DNA of 64,000 bases from an uncultured Acidobacteriota bacterium (lineage in GTDB: Bacteria; Acidobacteriota; Thermoanaerobaculia; UBA5066): NCBI GenBank assembly GCA_963779415.1, contig CAVZYA010000001.1, positions 32,001-96,000 on the forward strand, given 5' to 3'. This document shows, piece after piece, positions 17,891 through 26,706 of this stretch. Under the pieces are notes generated by a model. It worked only from the letters and a program-made list of their open reading frames with translations. It was not told where the DNA came from and searched no databases. Both the position numbers and the translations under genes were made by a program. Numbering within the stretch: the stretch's first letter is position 1; each line of letters starts with the position of its first letter.

Positions 17891-19309
17891 TCAGACCTCG
17901 AGCAGCTTCGCGACCACGTCGCGTGCCGTGTAGGAGGAGGCGCCCGACGGGAGGAAATTCCCGATATCCCGAAGGTCGTCGCCCGAGGTGATCAGCGGCC
18001 GCTCGGCCGTGCCGTCCCTTCGAAGCTGCGGATGGCCGATGTTCGCCATCAGGGCATTGCAGAGGCACTTGCGCCCCTCGGCGTCTTCCTCCGTTCCCCC
18101 CTTGCTCAGGTAGGCCGGCAGAGGCTCGGAGGCGCACCGGTACCCGATCGTCCCGTCTTCCTTCCGGTAAGCCTCGCGAAGGTAGCCGAGGTCGCAGGTC
18201 CGCGTCCGCGCGAGGTAGTCGTCTTCTTCCGAGAGGCTTCCTTCGACGGAGGCCACCTTGAAGGGGAAGCCGGTGGGAGACGCTGTCGGGTCCGTGAAGA
18301 CGCTCGCCGCGCCCGTGGCGGCCTTCCTCAGAACCGACATCTTGTACTCGGGGAGGAGCCCCGATTCCTCGCAAAAGGCGAAGGCAGTCCCCACCTGGAT
18401 CCCCGCGGCGCCCTTCTCGAGCGCGTCGCGGAGTCCCTCGGCCGTCCCGCGCCCCCCGGCGAGCCAGAAGGGAAGACCGAGCTGGCGGATCTTCCCGAGA
18501 TCGACGTCGTCCCTCTCGCCGTAGACGGGCTCTCCTTTCGCGGTGAGATGGAGCTTTCCGCGAGGGGGAGCGTTGTGTCCGCCGGCCGTCGGCCCTTCGA
18601 TGACGAAGGCATCGACCTTCCCATTCGCCTTCTTCGTCATCGTCAGCGCGAGGGTGTACGACGAGATGATCGGAACGAAGAAGGGGCGCGAGAGCGGCGG
18701 CAGCTCGCGCTCGCCGAACTCCGCCGGGAAGAACCGCAGAAACGTGTCGTCGGTCTCCCAGGCCCCGGTGACGTTCAGCGAATAGGTCGCCGTCTCGTGA
18801 TGGACGAACCGGTCGAGAATTCCCGGGACCTTCAGCGGGATCCCCGCCCCCATCAGGACGACGGCCGCGCCCCCCAGCATCGCGCCATAGAGCGACGGCA
18901 GGATCGGGATCTGGATCTTCTCGAGGTAGTTGATCCCCACCGGGCCGTCGTGCCCCTCACGCGCCAGGAAGACTTCGGCGAAATTGGCGGCGACGCAGAG
19001 CTCCGCGAGATCGCGGACCTCCGACTTCGCGTGCATCGGGACGGGCCGGTAGGGCTGATCGGCCGGACGGCCCCCCTCGATGAAGTACCGCGCCCGGATC
19101 CGGCGCGCCATCTCCGGGAACGGGAAACGGTCGAGCGCGCGGCGCATGTGCCCTCCCGGATCGCCGTCCTGCAGGCGGCGCGCGAGAACCACGTCGAGGG
19201 CCGTCCCCGAGACGACTCCGAGCTGGCCGAGCCGGGAGACGGCCCGCGCGAGCCCCCAACCCGAGACGCCGACGCCCATCCCCCCCTGGATGATCTTCGA
19301 CGAAATCAT
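17891..19309 (-). CDS. Nitronate monooxygenase / 2-nitropropane dioxygenase-like FMN oxidoreductase
   Basis: IIQGGMGVGVS, MGAGIP, EGPTAGGHNAPPRG and GIQVGTAFAFCEESG. Confidence 0.88.
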   Translation of the reverse strand: MISSKIIQGGMGVGVSGWGLARAVSRLGQLGVVSGTALDVVLARRLQDGDPGGHMRRALDRFPFPEMARRIRARYFIEGGRPADQPYRPVPMHAKSEVRDLAELCVAANFAEVFLAREGHDGPVGINYLEKIQIPILPSLYGAMLGGAAVVLMGAGIPLKVPGILDRFVHHETATYSLNVTGAWETDDTFLRFFPAEFGERELPPLSRPFFVPIISSYTLALTMTKKANGKVDAFVIEGPTAGGHNAPPRGKLHLTAKGEPVYGERDDVDLGKIRQLGLPFWLAGGRGTAEGLRDALEKGAAGIQVGTAFAFCEESGLLPEYKMSVLRKAATGAASVFTDPTASPTGFPFKVASVEGSLSEEDDYLARTRTCDLGYLREAYRKEDGTIGYRCASEPLPAYLSKGGTEEDAEGRKCLCNALMANIGHPQLRRDGTAERPLITSGDDLRDIGNFLPSGASSYTARDVVAKLLEV

Positions 19310-19458
19310 GCGCCCCCCCCACGCGCGGGGCTCAACGAAATCAAGCGGACAGACGGGTCGGGCTCCGCGAAAAAAACTATAGGCCGGGCCGGCCCCGAGT
19401 CAAGGCGGGCATGTCCCGCGGGGTGACGGCGCCCCCCGGCGCGCTATCCTCGGGCGGA

Positions 19459-20889
19459 ATGCGACACCGGATCCTGGTCTGCGACGACGAGGCGGACATT
19501 CGCGACTCGGTCCGGACCCTTCTCGTCGAGGAGGGCTTCGACGTGACGCCGGTCTCGTCGGGGGCCGCGGCGATCGCGGAGGCGGCCGACCACGAGGCGA
19601 TCCTCCTCGACATCAAGATGCCCGGGCAGGACGGGATGGAGACGCTCGCGAAGCTCCGCGCCCGGGGGGTCGTGACGCCGGTGGTCATGATCTCCGGGCA
19701 CGGCGACATACGGACGGCGATGGACGCCATCCGCGCCGGCGCGGCCGACTTTCTCGAGAAGCCGCTCTCCTCGGAGCACGTCCTGAACGCCCTGCGGCGC
19801 GTCCTCGACGCGTCGCGCCTCGTCCGCGAGAACGAGGAACTGAAGCGGCGGCTCGGGATCACGCGCCTCGTCGGCTCGAGCGACCCGATGAAGAAGCTCC
19901 TCGCCGACATCGGAAAGGCGGCGCCCACGCCGGCCACGGTCCTCATCGTGGGGCCGAGCGGGACCGGCAAGGAGCTGGTGGCGCGGTCGATCCACGACGG
20001 GTCGCTCGTGAAGTCGGGACCGTTCGTCCAGGTCAACTGCGCGGCGATCCCCGACTCCCTCATCGAGTCGGAGCTCTTCGGGCACGAACGAGGCTCCTTC
20101 ACGGGCGCGGACCGGAAGCAGACGGGGAAGTTCGTCGAGGCCGACGGCGGGACGATCTTCCTCGACGAGGTGGGCGACATGTCCGCCTCCGCGCAGGCCA
20201 AGGTCCTCCGCGTCCTCCAGGAGGGGGAGGTGGAGCCCGTGGGGAGCCCGCGCGTCGTGAAGGTGATCGTCCGCGTCGTGGCCGCGACGAACCGGGAGCT
20301 GCCCGACCTGATCGCGAAGGGGAGGTTCCGGGAGGACCTCTACTACCGGCTGAACGTCCTTCCGATCCGGACGCCGCCTCTCGGCGAGCACCCGGAGGAC
20401 GTCCCGCAGCTCGTCCTCCACTTCGCGGATCTCTTCGCCCGGACGAACAACTACCGGCCGAAGCGCTTCACCGACGCGGCGCTCGAGGCGCTGGCCCGGC
20501 GCCCGTGGCCGGGGAACGTCCGGGAGCTGAAAAACTACGTCGAGCGGCTGATGATCATGTCCGACGGCGACGTCCTCGACGAGGCGGAGGTCGACGGGGC
20601 GTCTCCGCGGGAAGCGGTCCCGGCCGTCGTCGTTCGCGACGGCCGCGTCGTCGGCCCGGCCGGCGAGGCCGCCCCGGGCCCTGCCGCGGACCTCTGGGGC
20701 CGCCTCCTGGCGACGCGGACGCTCCAGGCCTTCCAGGACGAGACCGAACGCCTCTTCATCGTCTCGAAGCTCGCCGAGCACGACGGAAACGTGACGCGCA
20801 CGGCCGAGGCGATCGACACGCCGCGGTCGAACCTCTACAAGAAGATCGAGAGATACGGCCTCCGCCGCGAGGAGAAGAGCGAGCCATGA
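19459..20889 (+). CDS. Sigma-54-dependent response regulator (NtrC/NtrX family)
   Basis: Receiver DD and LDIKMPG, GPSGTGKE, GSFTGA, FREDLYYRLNV, C-terminal Fis HTH. Confidence 0.93.
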   Translation: MRHRILVCDDEADIRDSVRTLLVEEGFDVTPVSSGAAAIAEAADHEAILLDIKMPGQDGMETLAKLRARGVVTPVVMISGHGDIRTAMDAIRAGAADFLEKPLSSEHVLNALRRVLDASRLVRENEELKRRLGITRLVGSSDPMKKLLADIGKAAPTPATVLIVGPSGTGKELVARSIHDGSLVKSGPFVQVNCAAIPDSLIESELFGHERGSFTGADRKQTGKFVEADGGTIFLDEVGDMSASAQAKVLRVLQEGEVEPVGSPRVVKVIVRVVAATNRELPDLIAKGRFREDLYYRLNVLPIRTPPLGEHPEDVPQLVLHFADLFARTNNYRPKRFTDAALEALARRPWPGNVRELKNYVERLMIMSDGDVLDEAEVDGASPREAVPAVVVRDGRVVGPAGEAAPGPAADLWGRLLATRTLQAFQDETERLFIVSKLAEHDGNVTRTAEAIDTPRSNLYKKIERYGLRREEKSEP

Positions 20890-21482
20890 TCCCCGCAGAC
20901 GTCCGCCGCCATTTCGAGGAGACCGGAGCCCTCCTCTCGGGACACTTCAAGCTCTCCTCGGGTCTCCACTCCGACCGGTACCTTCAGTGCGCGAAGGTAC
21001 TCATGTGGCCCGGCCGGGCCGACCCCCTCGGCCGGGCGCTCGGAGCGCTTCTCCGTCCCTTCGGGGCGGAGTCCGTCGTCTCGCCCGCGCTCGGCGGCGT
21101 CATCATCGGACAGGAAGTCGGGCGCGCCCTCGGCGTACGGGCCCTCTTCACGGAACGCGTGGACGGGGCCTTCGCGCTCCGGCGCGGCTTCTCGCTCGAG
21201 CCGGGAGAGAAGGTGGCCGTCATCGAGGACGTCGTGACGACGGGAAAGTCGACGCGAGAGGTGATCGCGGTCGTCCGGGCCGCGGGGGCCGTCGCGGTGG
21301 CGTGCGGGTCGATCATCGACCGCCGGTCGGCGAACGAGAGAGGCGAGACCGTCGACGGGATTCCGTTCCGGGCTCTCCTCGCCCTCGACGTCCCGGCGTG
21401 GGAACCCGCGGCCTGCCCGCTCTGCGCGAAAGGAGCGCCCCTCACGGCGCCCGGCTCGCGCCATCTCGTCTCGAAGCCCTGA
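20886..21482 (+). CDS. pyrE: Orotate phosphoribosyltransferase
   Basis: GHFKLSSGLHS, PALGG and the PRPP motif VIEDVVTTGKS. Confidence 0.93.
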   Translation: MIPADVRRHFEETGALLSGHFKLSSGLHSDRYLQCAKVLMWPGRADPLGRALGALLRPFGAESVVSPALGGVIIGQEVGRALGVRALFTERVDGAFALRRGFSLEPGEKVAVIEDVVTTGKSTREVIAVVRAAGAVAVACGSIIDRRSANERGETVDGIPFRALLALDVPAWEPAACPLCAKGAPLTAPGSRHLVSKP

Positions 21483-21518
21483 GCCTCCGGCCGGCGGGCT
21501 CCCTGCTACGATCGCCGC

Positions 21519-21902
21519 GTGGACAAGGACCGGAAGTTCGGCCTCGTCGTCGGCGGCCTCCTCACGCTCCTCGGCGGCCTCCTCTATTTCTGGAGGGGGA
21601 GGGTGGTGGCGGGGTTCGTTCTCGGGGTGCCGGGCGTCGTCCTTCTGGCCCTCGCCGCCGCGGCGCCGGCCCTTCTCGCGGCGCCTCACCGGGCCTGGAT
21701 GAAGCTGGCCCACGTCCTCGGGGCGGTGAACGGCGTCCTTTTTCTTTCGATCGTCTTCTTCCTCATCCTGACTCCCATCGGCCTCGTCCTCCGTCTCTTC
21801 GGGCGCGACGAGTTGCGGCGGCGAGGTCCGGTCCCTGCCTCGGGGTGGGATCCCTACCCGGAGCGGAATCGCGACCGCGCCCACTTCGAGAAGATGTTCT
21901 GA
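21519..21902 (+). CDS. SxtJ family membrane protein
   Basis: DRKFGL, HRAWMKLAHVLG, FFLILTPIGLVLR and HFEKMF. Confidence 0.85.
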   Translation: MDKDRKFGLVVGGLLTLLGGLLYFWRGRVVAGFVLGVPGVVLLALAAAAPALLAAPHRAWMKLAHVLGAVNGVLFLSIVFFLILTPIGLVLRLFGRDELRRRGPVPASGWDPYPERNRDRAHFEKMF

Positions 21903-21907
21903 GGAGC

Positions 21908-22066
21908 ATGACGAAGAGACAGGTCCTCGGCCAGGTCTGGGAGTTCCTGAAGTACCGGAAGAAGTACTGGCTCGCGCCGATCGTCTTCCTGATGGTGCTG
22001 ATCGGGTTCCTGCTCCTCGTCGCCGAGAAGAGCGTCCTCGCGCCATTCATCTATACGCTGTTCTGA
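21908..22066 (+). CDS. DUF5989/SxtK-like small membrane protein
   Basis: WEFLKYRKKYWLAPI...APFIYTLF. Confidence 0.85.
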   Translation: MTKRQVLGQVWEFLKYRKKYWLAPIVFLMVLIGFLLLVAEKSVLAPFIYTLF

Positions 22067-22067
22067 C

Positions 22068-24005
22068 GTGGCGAAGACCGTCCTCGGCCTCTCGGCCTTT
22101 TACCACGACTCCGCCGCCTGCCTCCTCGTCGACGGGAAGGTCGTCGCCGCGGCGCAGGAGGAGCGATTCACGCGGAAGAAGCACGACGCGGAGTTTCCGG
22201 CGCACGCGGCCCGTTACTGCCTCGCCGAAGGGAAGCTCGCCGCGAAGGATCTCGACGTCGTCGCCTTCTACGACAAGCCGCTCCTGAAGTTCGAACGCCT
22301 CTTCGAGACCTACATCGACTACGCCCCGCGCGGCTTCGAATCCTTCCGCAAGGCGATGCCGCTCTGGCTGACGAACCGGCTCTGGATGGAGGAGACGATC
22401 CGGAAAGAGCTCGACACTCCGGCGAGGATCCTCTTCGGCGACCACCACGAGTCGCACGCGGCCTCGGCCTTCTTCCCTTCGCCGTTCGAGGAGGCGGCGA
22501 TTCTGACGATGGACGGCGTCGGGGAGTGGGCGACTTCCTCGGTCGGGATCGGAAAGGGAAACGGGATCGACCTCGTCTCCGAACTTCGTTTTCCCCACTC
22601 GATCGGACTCCTCTACTCGTCCTTCACCTATTTCTGCGGCTTCAAGGTGAACAGCGGCGAGTACAAGCTGATGGGCCTCGCGCCCTACGGAACGCCGAAG
22701 TACGCGGGCGTCATCAGGGAGCAGCTCGTCCACGTCTTCGACGACGGGTCGATCCGCCTGAACATGGAGCATTTCGACTTCCCGAGCCGCCTCCGGATGA
22801 CGGGCGCCGGTTTCGAGAAGCTCTTCGGCGGACCGGCGCGAGAGGCGGAGTCGCTGCTGACGCAGCGCGAAATGGACCTCGCAGCGTCCATCCAGGAGGT
22901 GACCGAGGAGATCGTCCTGAAGATGGCGCGCCACGCGAAGAAGACGACCGGCGCGAGGTACCTCTGCCTCGCGGGGGGCGTCGCCCTGAACTGCGTCGCG
23001 AACGGCCGCCTCCACCGCGAAGAGGTCTTCGACGACCTCTGGATCCAGCCCGCGGCGGGAGACGCCGGGGGCGCCGTCGGCGCGGCGCTCGCCGTCTGGC
23101 ACCGGTATCTCGGAATGCCGCGAGAAAGTGCCGAGAAAAGGGGGACCTGGAGACCGAAGAGTGCTTCAAAGGGTGAAAGAGAAGAAAGCGTGTCGAGAGG
23201 CGGAGAGGCGGTCGTCGTGGCCCCGGCGCAGGCGACGGCTCTTCCCCCCTACGAAGATGGAATGTCCGGCTCCTTCCTCGGTCCCTCTTATTCCTCTAAG
23301 CAGATTGCGGCCTGGCTGGAATCTCACCACTACCCGTTTCACACGGTCTCCGGAGAGGAGCTCCCCGACGCCGTCGCAGAGCTGCTTTCCGAGGAGAAGG
23401 TCGTCGGCCTCCTGCAGGGGCGGATGGAGTTCGGGCCGCGCGCGCTCGGAGGGCGGAGCATCCTCGGGGATCCACGCTCTCCGAAGATGCAGTCGGTCAT
23501 GAACCTGAAGATCAAGTTTCGGGAGTCTTTCCGCCCCTTCGCCCCCTCCGTGATGCGCGAAGAGGTCTCGACTTGGTTCGAGATCGACGCGGACTCCCCG
23601 TACATGCTCCTCGTGGCCGACGTGGCCCGGCCCCTCCGCCGCGAGATGTCCGAAGCGGAAAAGGGGCTCTGGGGGATCGAAAAGCTGAACGTCCCCCGCT
23701 CCTCGATCCCCGCCGTGACGCACGTCGACTACTCCGCCCGCCTCCAGACGGTCCGGCGGGAGGCGAACCCGCTCTATCACGCCATCCTTTCGGCCTTCCG
23801 GCGGAAGACCGGCTGTCCGGTCGTCGTGAACACGTCGTTCAACGTCCGGGGCGAGCCGATCGTCTGCACCCCCGAGGACGCCTACCGCTGCTTCATGCGG
23901 ACGTCGATGGACGCCCTCGTCCTCGAGAACCACCTTCTCCTCCGCGAGGAGCAGCCGCCCTGGTCCGAGGGGGACGAATGGCGGAAGACCTTTACCCTGG
24001 ATTGA
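22068..24005 (+). CDS. O-carbamoyltransferase (NodU/CmcH/SxtI family)
   Basis: YHDSAA, QEERFTRKKHD, HHESHAAS, GEYKLMGLAPYG, EFGPRALG and NTSFNVRGEPIV. Confidence 0.93.
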   Translation: MAKTVLGLSAFYHDSAACLLVDGKVVAAAQEERFTRKKHDAEFPAHAARYCLAEGKLAAKDLDVVAFYDKPLLKFERLFETYIDYAPRGFESFRKAMPLWLTNRLWMEETIRKELDTPARILFGDHHESHAASAFFPSPFEEAAILTMDGVGEWATSSVGIGKGNGIDLVSELRFPHSIGLLYSSFTYFCGFKVNSGEYKLMGLAPYGTPKYAGVIREQLVHVFDDGSIRLNMEHFDFPSRLRMTGAGFEKLFGGPAREAESLLTQREMDLAASIQEVTEEIVLKMARHAKKTTGARYLCLAGGVALNCVANGRLHREEVFDDLWIQPAAGDAGGAVGAALAVWHRYLGMPRESAEKRGTWRPKSASKGEREESVSRGGEAVVVAPAQATALPPYEDGMSGSFLGPSYSSKQIAAWLESHHYPFHTVSGEELPDAVAELLSEEKVVGLLQGRMEFGPRALGGRSILGDPRSPKMQSVMNLKIKFRESFRPFAPSVMREEVSTWFEIDADSPYMLLVADVARPLRREMSEAEKGLWGIEKLNVPRSSIPAVTHVDYSARLQTVRREANPLYHAILSAFRRKTGCPVVVNTSFNVRGEPIVCTPEDAYRCFMRTSMDALVLENHLLLREEQPPWSEGDEWRKTFTLD

Positions 24006-24009
24006 GGCG

Positions 24010-25247
24010 ATGGAGACGCGGACCCGCCTCCGGACGGCCCTCGGCTCCGCGCTGACCGTTCTCGTCTCGACGCTCGTGACGCTGGCGCTCGTCGAGGGGA
24101 TCCTGCGAATCGTCTGGCGGCCCGGGAGACCGGGTCCCCCCCGCCCGACTACGGCGAGGCGGTTCGTGGCGGGGAGCTCGGCCCGGGGGGTCTCCTGAAG
24201 GAGGGCTTCGAAGGTCGCCTCACCGACGGCCTCGGGGGGACGATCTTCTGGAAGAACAACGCCGCCGGCTTCCGGAGGCGCGAGGAGACGGCGACCGTTC
24301 CGCCCCCCGGTCTCTTCCGGGTCCTCTCGCTGGGCGACTCCTTCACGGCGGGCTATCGGGTGGATCAGGAGGCGACCTTCTCGCGGCTCATCGAGGTCGC
24401 TCTTCGGAAGGAGGGGATCCCGGCCGAGGTCCTGATCGCGGAGATCGAGCAGCCGACGACGGGGCTCTGGTGGCTCCTTCACGGCGGCTTCCCATGGCGC
24501 CCGTCCCTCGTCGTCCTCGGCGTGACGCTCGGGAACGACGTCGCGCAGACCTACTTTTCTCTCGACCCTCCGGGCGACTACCGGATCGGGATTCGGGACG
24601 GACGCGTGGAGATGGAGCCTCTGGAACATCCGACGCCGGTCCCCGACCGGACGGAGTACGCGCGGAGGCTTCCCCCATGGTCCCTCGAGCCGGGCGCGCG
24701 GGAGACGCTCGCTCCCGTCCGCCGCCCGCTCCGTCTTCTCGACCTCCTGCTCGGTCCGGCTCCGCAGCCGATCGCCTCTTCGCGCGGCGCCGACTTTCCT
24801 CACGCCCTCTTCGACGGCATCAACGGGCTGGGGATCTTTCTCTCGCCGCCGCCGCCGGAGATCGACGCGGCCCTCGCGAGGACGGAGCGGGTTCTCGGGG
24901 CCTACGCGGCCGCCGCCCGCGAGAACGGGGCGCGGCTCCTCGTCGTCCTTTTTCCGCAGAGGTATCAGGTGCAGGAGAAGGACTGGGAGGCCACCGTCCG
25001 GGGATACGGGCTGCGGGCGGCCGCGTTCGATCTCGACGGGCCGAACCGGCGTCTCTCGGAATACTGTGCGGCGAACGCGATCGCCTGCGTCGATCTTGCG
25101 GGTCCTCTACGGGACGCGCACAAGCGGGGTGGACGGAGCCTCTACCTGCCGGGCGGGGAGATGCACTGGAGCGCCGCGGGACACGCCGCGGCGGCGGCCG
25201 CCCTCCTCCCGAAGATCCGCGAAATGGCCCGTATCGGGGCTCCCTGA
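24010..25247 (+). CDS. Membrane-anchored SGNH/GDSL hydrolase family protein (frameshift ~24145)
   Basis: N-terminal TM, NNAAGFR, LGDSFT, GND and MHWSAAGH. Confidence 0.78.
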
Positions 25248-25363
25248 TCCATTCTCCTCATCGCGCGCCCCTCCGGCCCGGCCTACCATCCGGTCTGGAT
25301 GGCGCGTTTCGCGCGAGCCCCGTTCCGGGCCCCCGAAGAATTCCGAAGAGAGGGTGATCTCCC

Positions 25364-26647
25364 ATGAAAAGTGCGTTCAATCCCTTCGAGATGGCGCAGG
25401 CGCAGTTCGACAAGTCGGCCGACATCCTCGGGCTCGATCCGCCCACGCGCGAAATCCTCCGCTTCCCGCTCCGCGAGTACCACTTCGCGATACCGGTCCG
25501 GATGGACGACGGGAAGGTGAAGGTCTTCCGCGGGTTCCGGGTCCAGCACAACGATGCGCGCGGCCCGTGCAAGGGAGGGATCCGGTTCCACCCGCAGGAG
25601 ACCGTGGACACCGTCCGCGCCCTCTCGATGTGGATGACGTGGAAGTGCGCCGTCGTCGACATTCCGCTCGGCGGAGCCAAGGGCGGGGTCATCTGCGACC
25701 CGCACAACCTCTCTGCCCGCGAGCAGGAAGGGATCTGCCGCGGCTGGATCCGCCAGGTGGCGAAGAACGTCGGCCCCGTGCAGGACGTTCCGGCGCCCGA
25801 CGTCATGACGACGCCCCAGCACATGCTCTGGATGCTCGACGAGTGGGAGCTGATCCACGGTGGCAAGGGCCCGGGCTTCATCACGGGCAAGCCGGTCGGG
25901 ATGGGGGGCTCGCTGGGCCGAACGGAGGCCACCGGCTACGGGGTCGTCTTCACGCTGCGGGAGGCCCTGAAGCGGCTGAACCTCGACATCGCGAAGACGA
26001 AGGCGAGCGTTCAGGGCTTCGGAAACGTCTCCCAGTACGCCGTCCGCCTCTACCAGAAGCTCGGCGGGAAGGTCGTCGGCGTCTCCTCGTGGGACCAGGC
26101 CGACCAGACGAGCTATTTCTTCCGGAAGCTCGACGGCGTCGACCCCGACGTCCTCCTCGGAATCACCGATCCCTTCGGCGGCATCGACAAGAAGAAAGCC
26201 GCCCAGCTCGGCTACGAGGTGCTTCCGGGCGAGGCGTGGATCGAGCAGGACGTCGACATCCTGATCCCGGCCGCCCTCGAGAACCAGATCACCGGTGAGA
26301 CGGCGAAGAAGATCAAGGGGCGCGTGAAGGTCATCGCCGAGGGAGCGAACGGCCCGACGACGCCCGAAGCGGACAAGCTGATCCAGGAGCGCAGCATCTT
26401 CGTCATCCCCGACTTCCTCGCGAACGCCGGCGGCGTCACCTGCAGCTACTTCGAGCAGGTGCAATGCAACATGAACTACTACTGGGAACTGGACGAGGTC
26501 CTCGCCAAGCTGGACACGAAGATGACCTCGGCCTTCCGGGCGGTGGCCGACCTTTCGGCGAGCCGGAAGCTCTACATGCGCGACGCCGCGTACGTCATCG
26601 CGGTGAGCCGGGTCGCGAAGGCGTGCCGGGACCGGGGCTGGGTCTAA
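25364..26647 (+). CDS. gdhA: Glutamate dehydrogenase (Glu/Leu/Phe/Val family)
   Basis: KGGIRFHP, MTWKCA, GGAKGG, DVPAPDV, QGFGNV, EGANGP and NAGGVTCSYFE. Confidence 0.92.
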   Translation: MKSAFNPFEMAQAQFDKSADILGLDPPTREILRFPLREYHFAIPVRMDDGKVKVFRGFRVQHNDARGPCKGGIRFHPQETVDTVRALSMWMTWKCAVVDIPLGGAKGGVICDPHNLSAREQEGICRGWIRQVAKNVGPVQDVPAPDVMTTPQHMLWMLDEWELIHGGKGPGFITGKPVGMGGSLGRTEATGYGVVFTLREALKRLNLDIAKTKASVQGFGNVSQYAVRLYQKLGGKVVGVSSWDQADQTSYFFRKLDGVDPDVLLGITDPFGGIDKKKAAQLGYEVLPGEAWIEQDVDILIPAALENQITGETAKKIKGRVKVIAEGANGPTTPEADKLIQERSIFVIPDFLANAGGVTCSYFEQVQCNMNYYWELDEVLAKLDTKMTSAFRAVADLSASRKLYMRDAAYVIAVSRVAKACRDRGWV

Positions 26648-26706
26648 AGAGCCCTCCTCTCCCCTCCGGGCCCGAAAGTGGGCGATGATCGCCTGCGGGT
26701 GAGACG

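Noticed and set aside
21519-24005. Saxitoxin biosynthesis cluster
   Set aside because: Only sxtI/J/K-like genes are present; no sxtA, sxtG or other core genes
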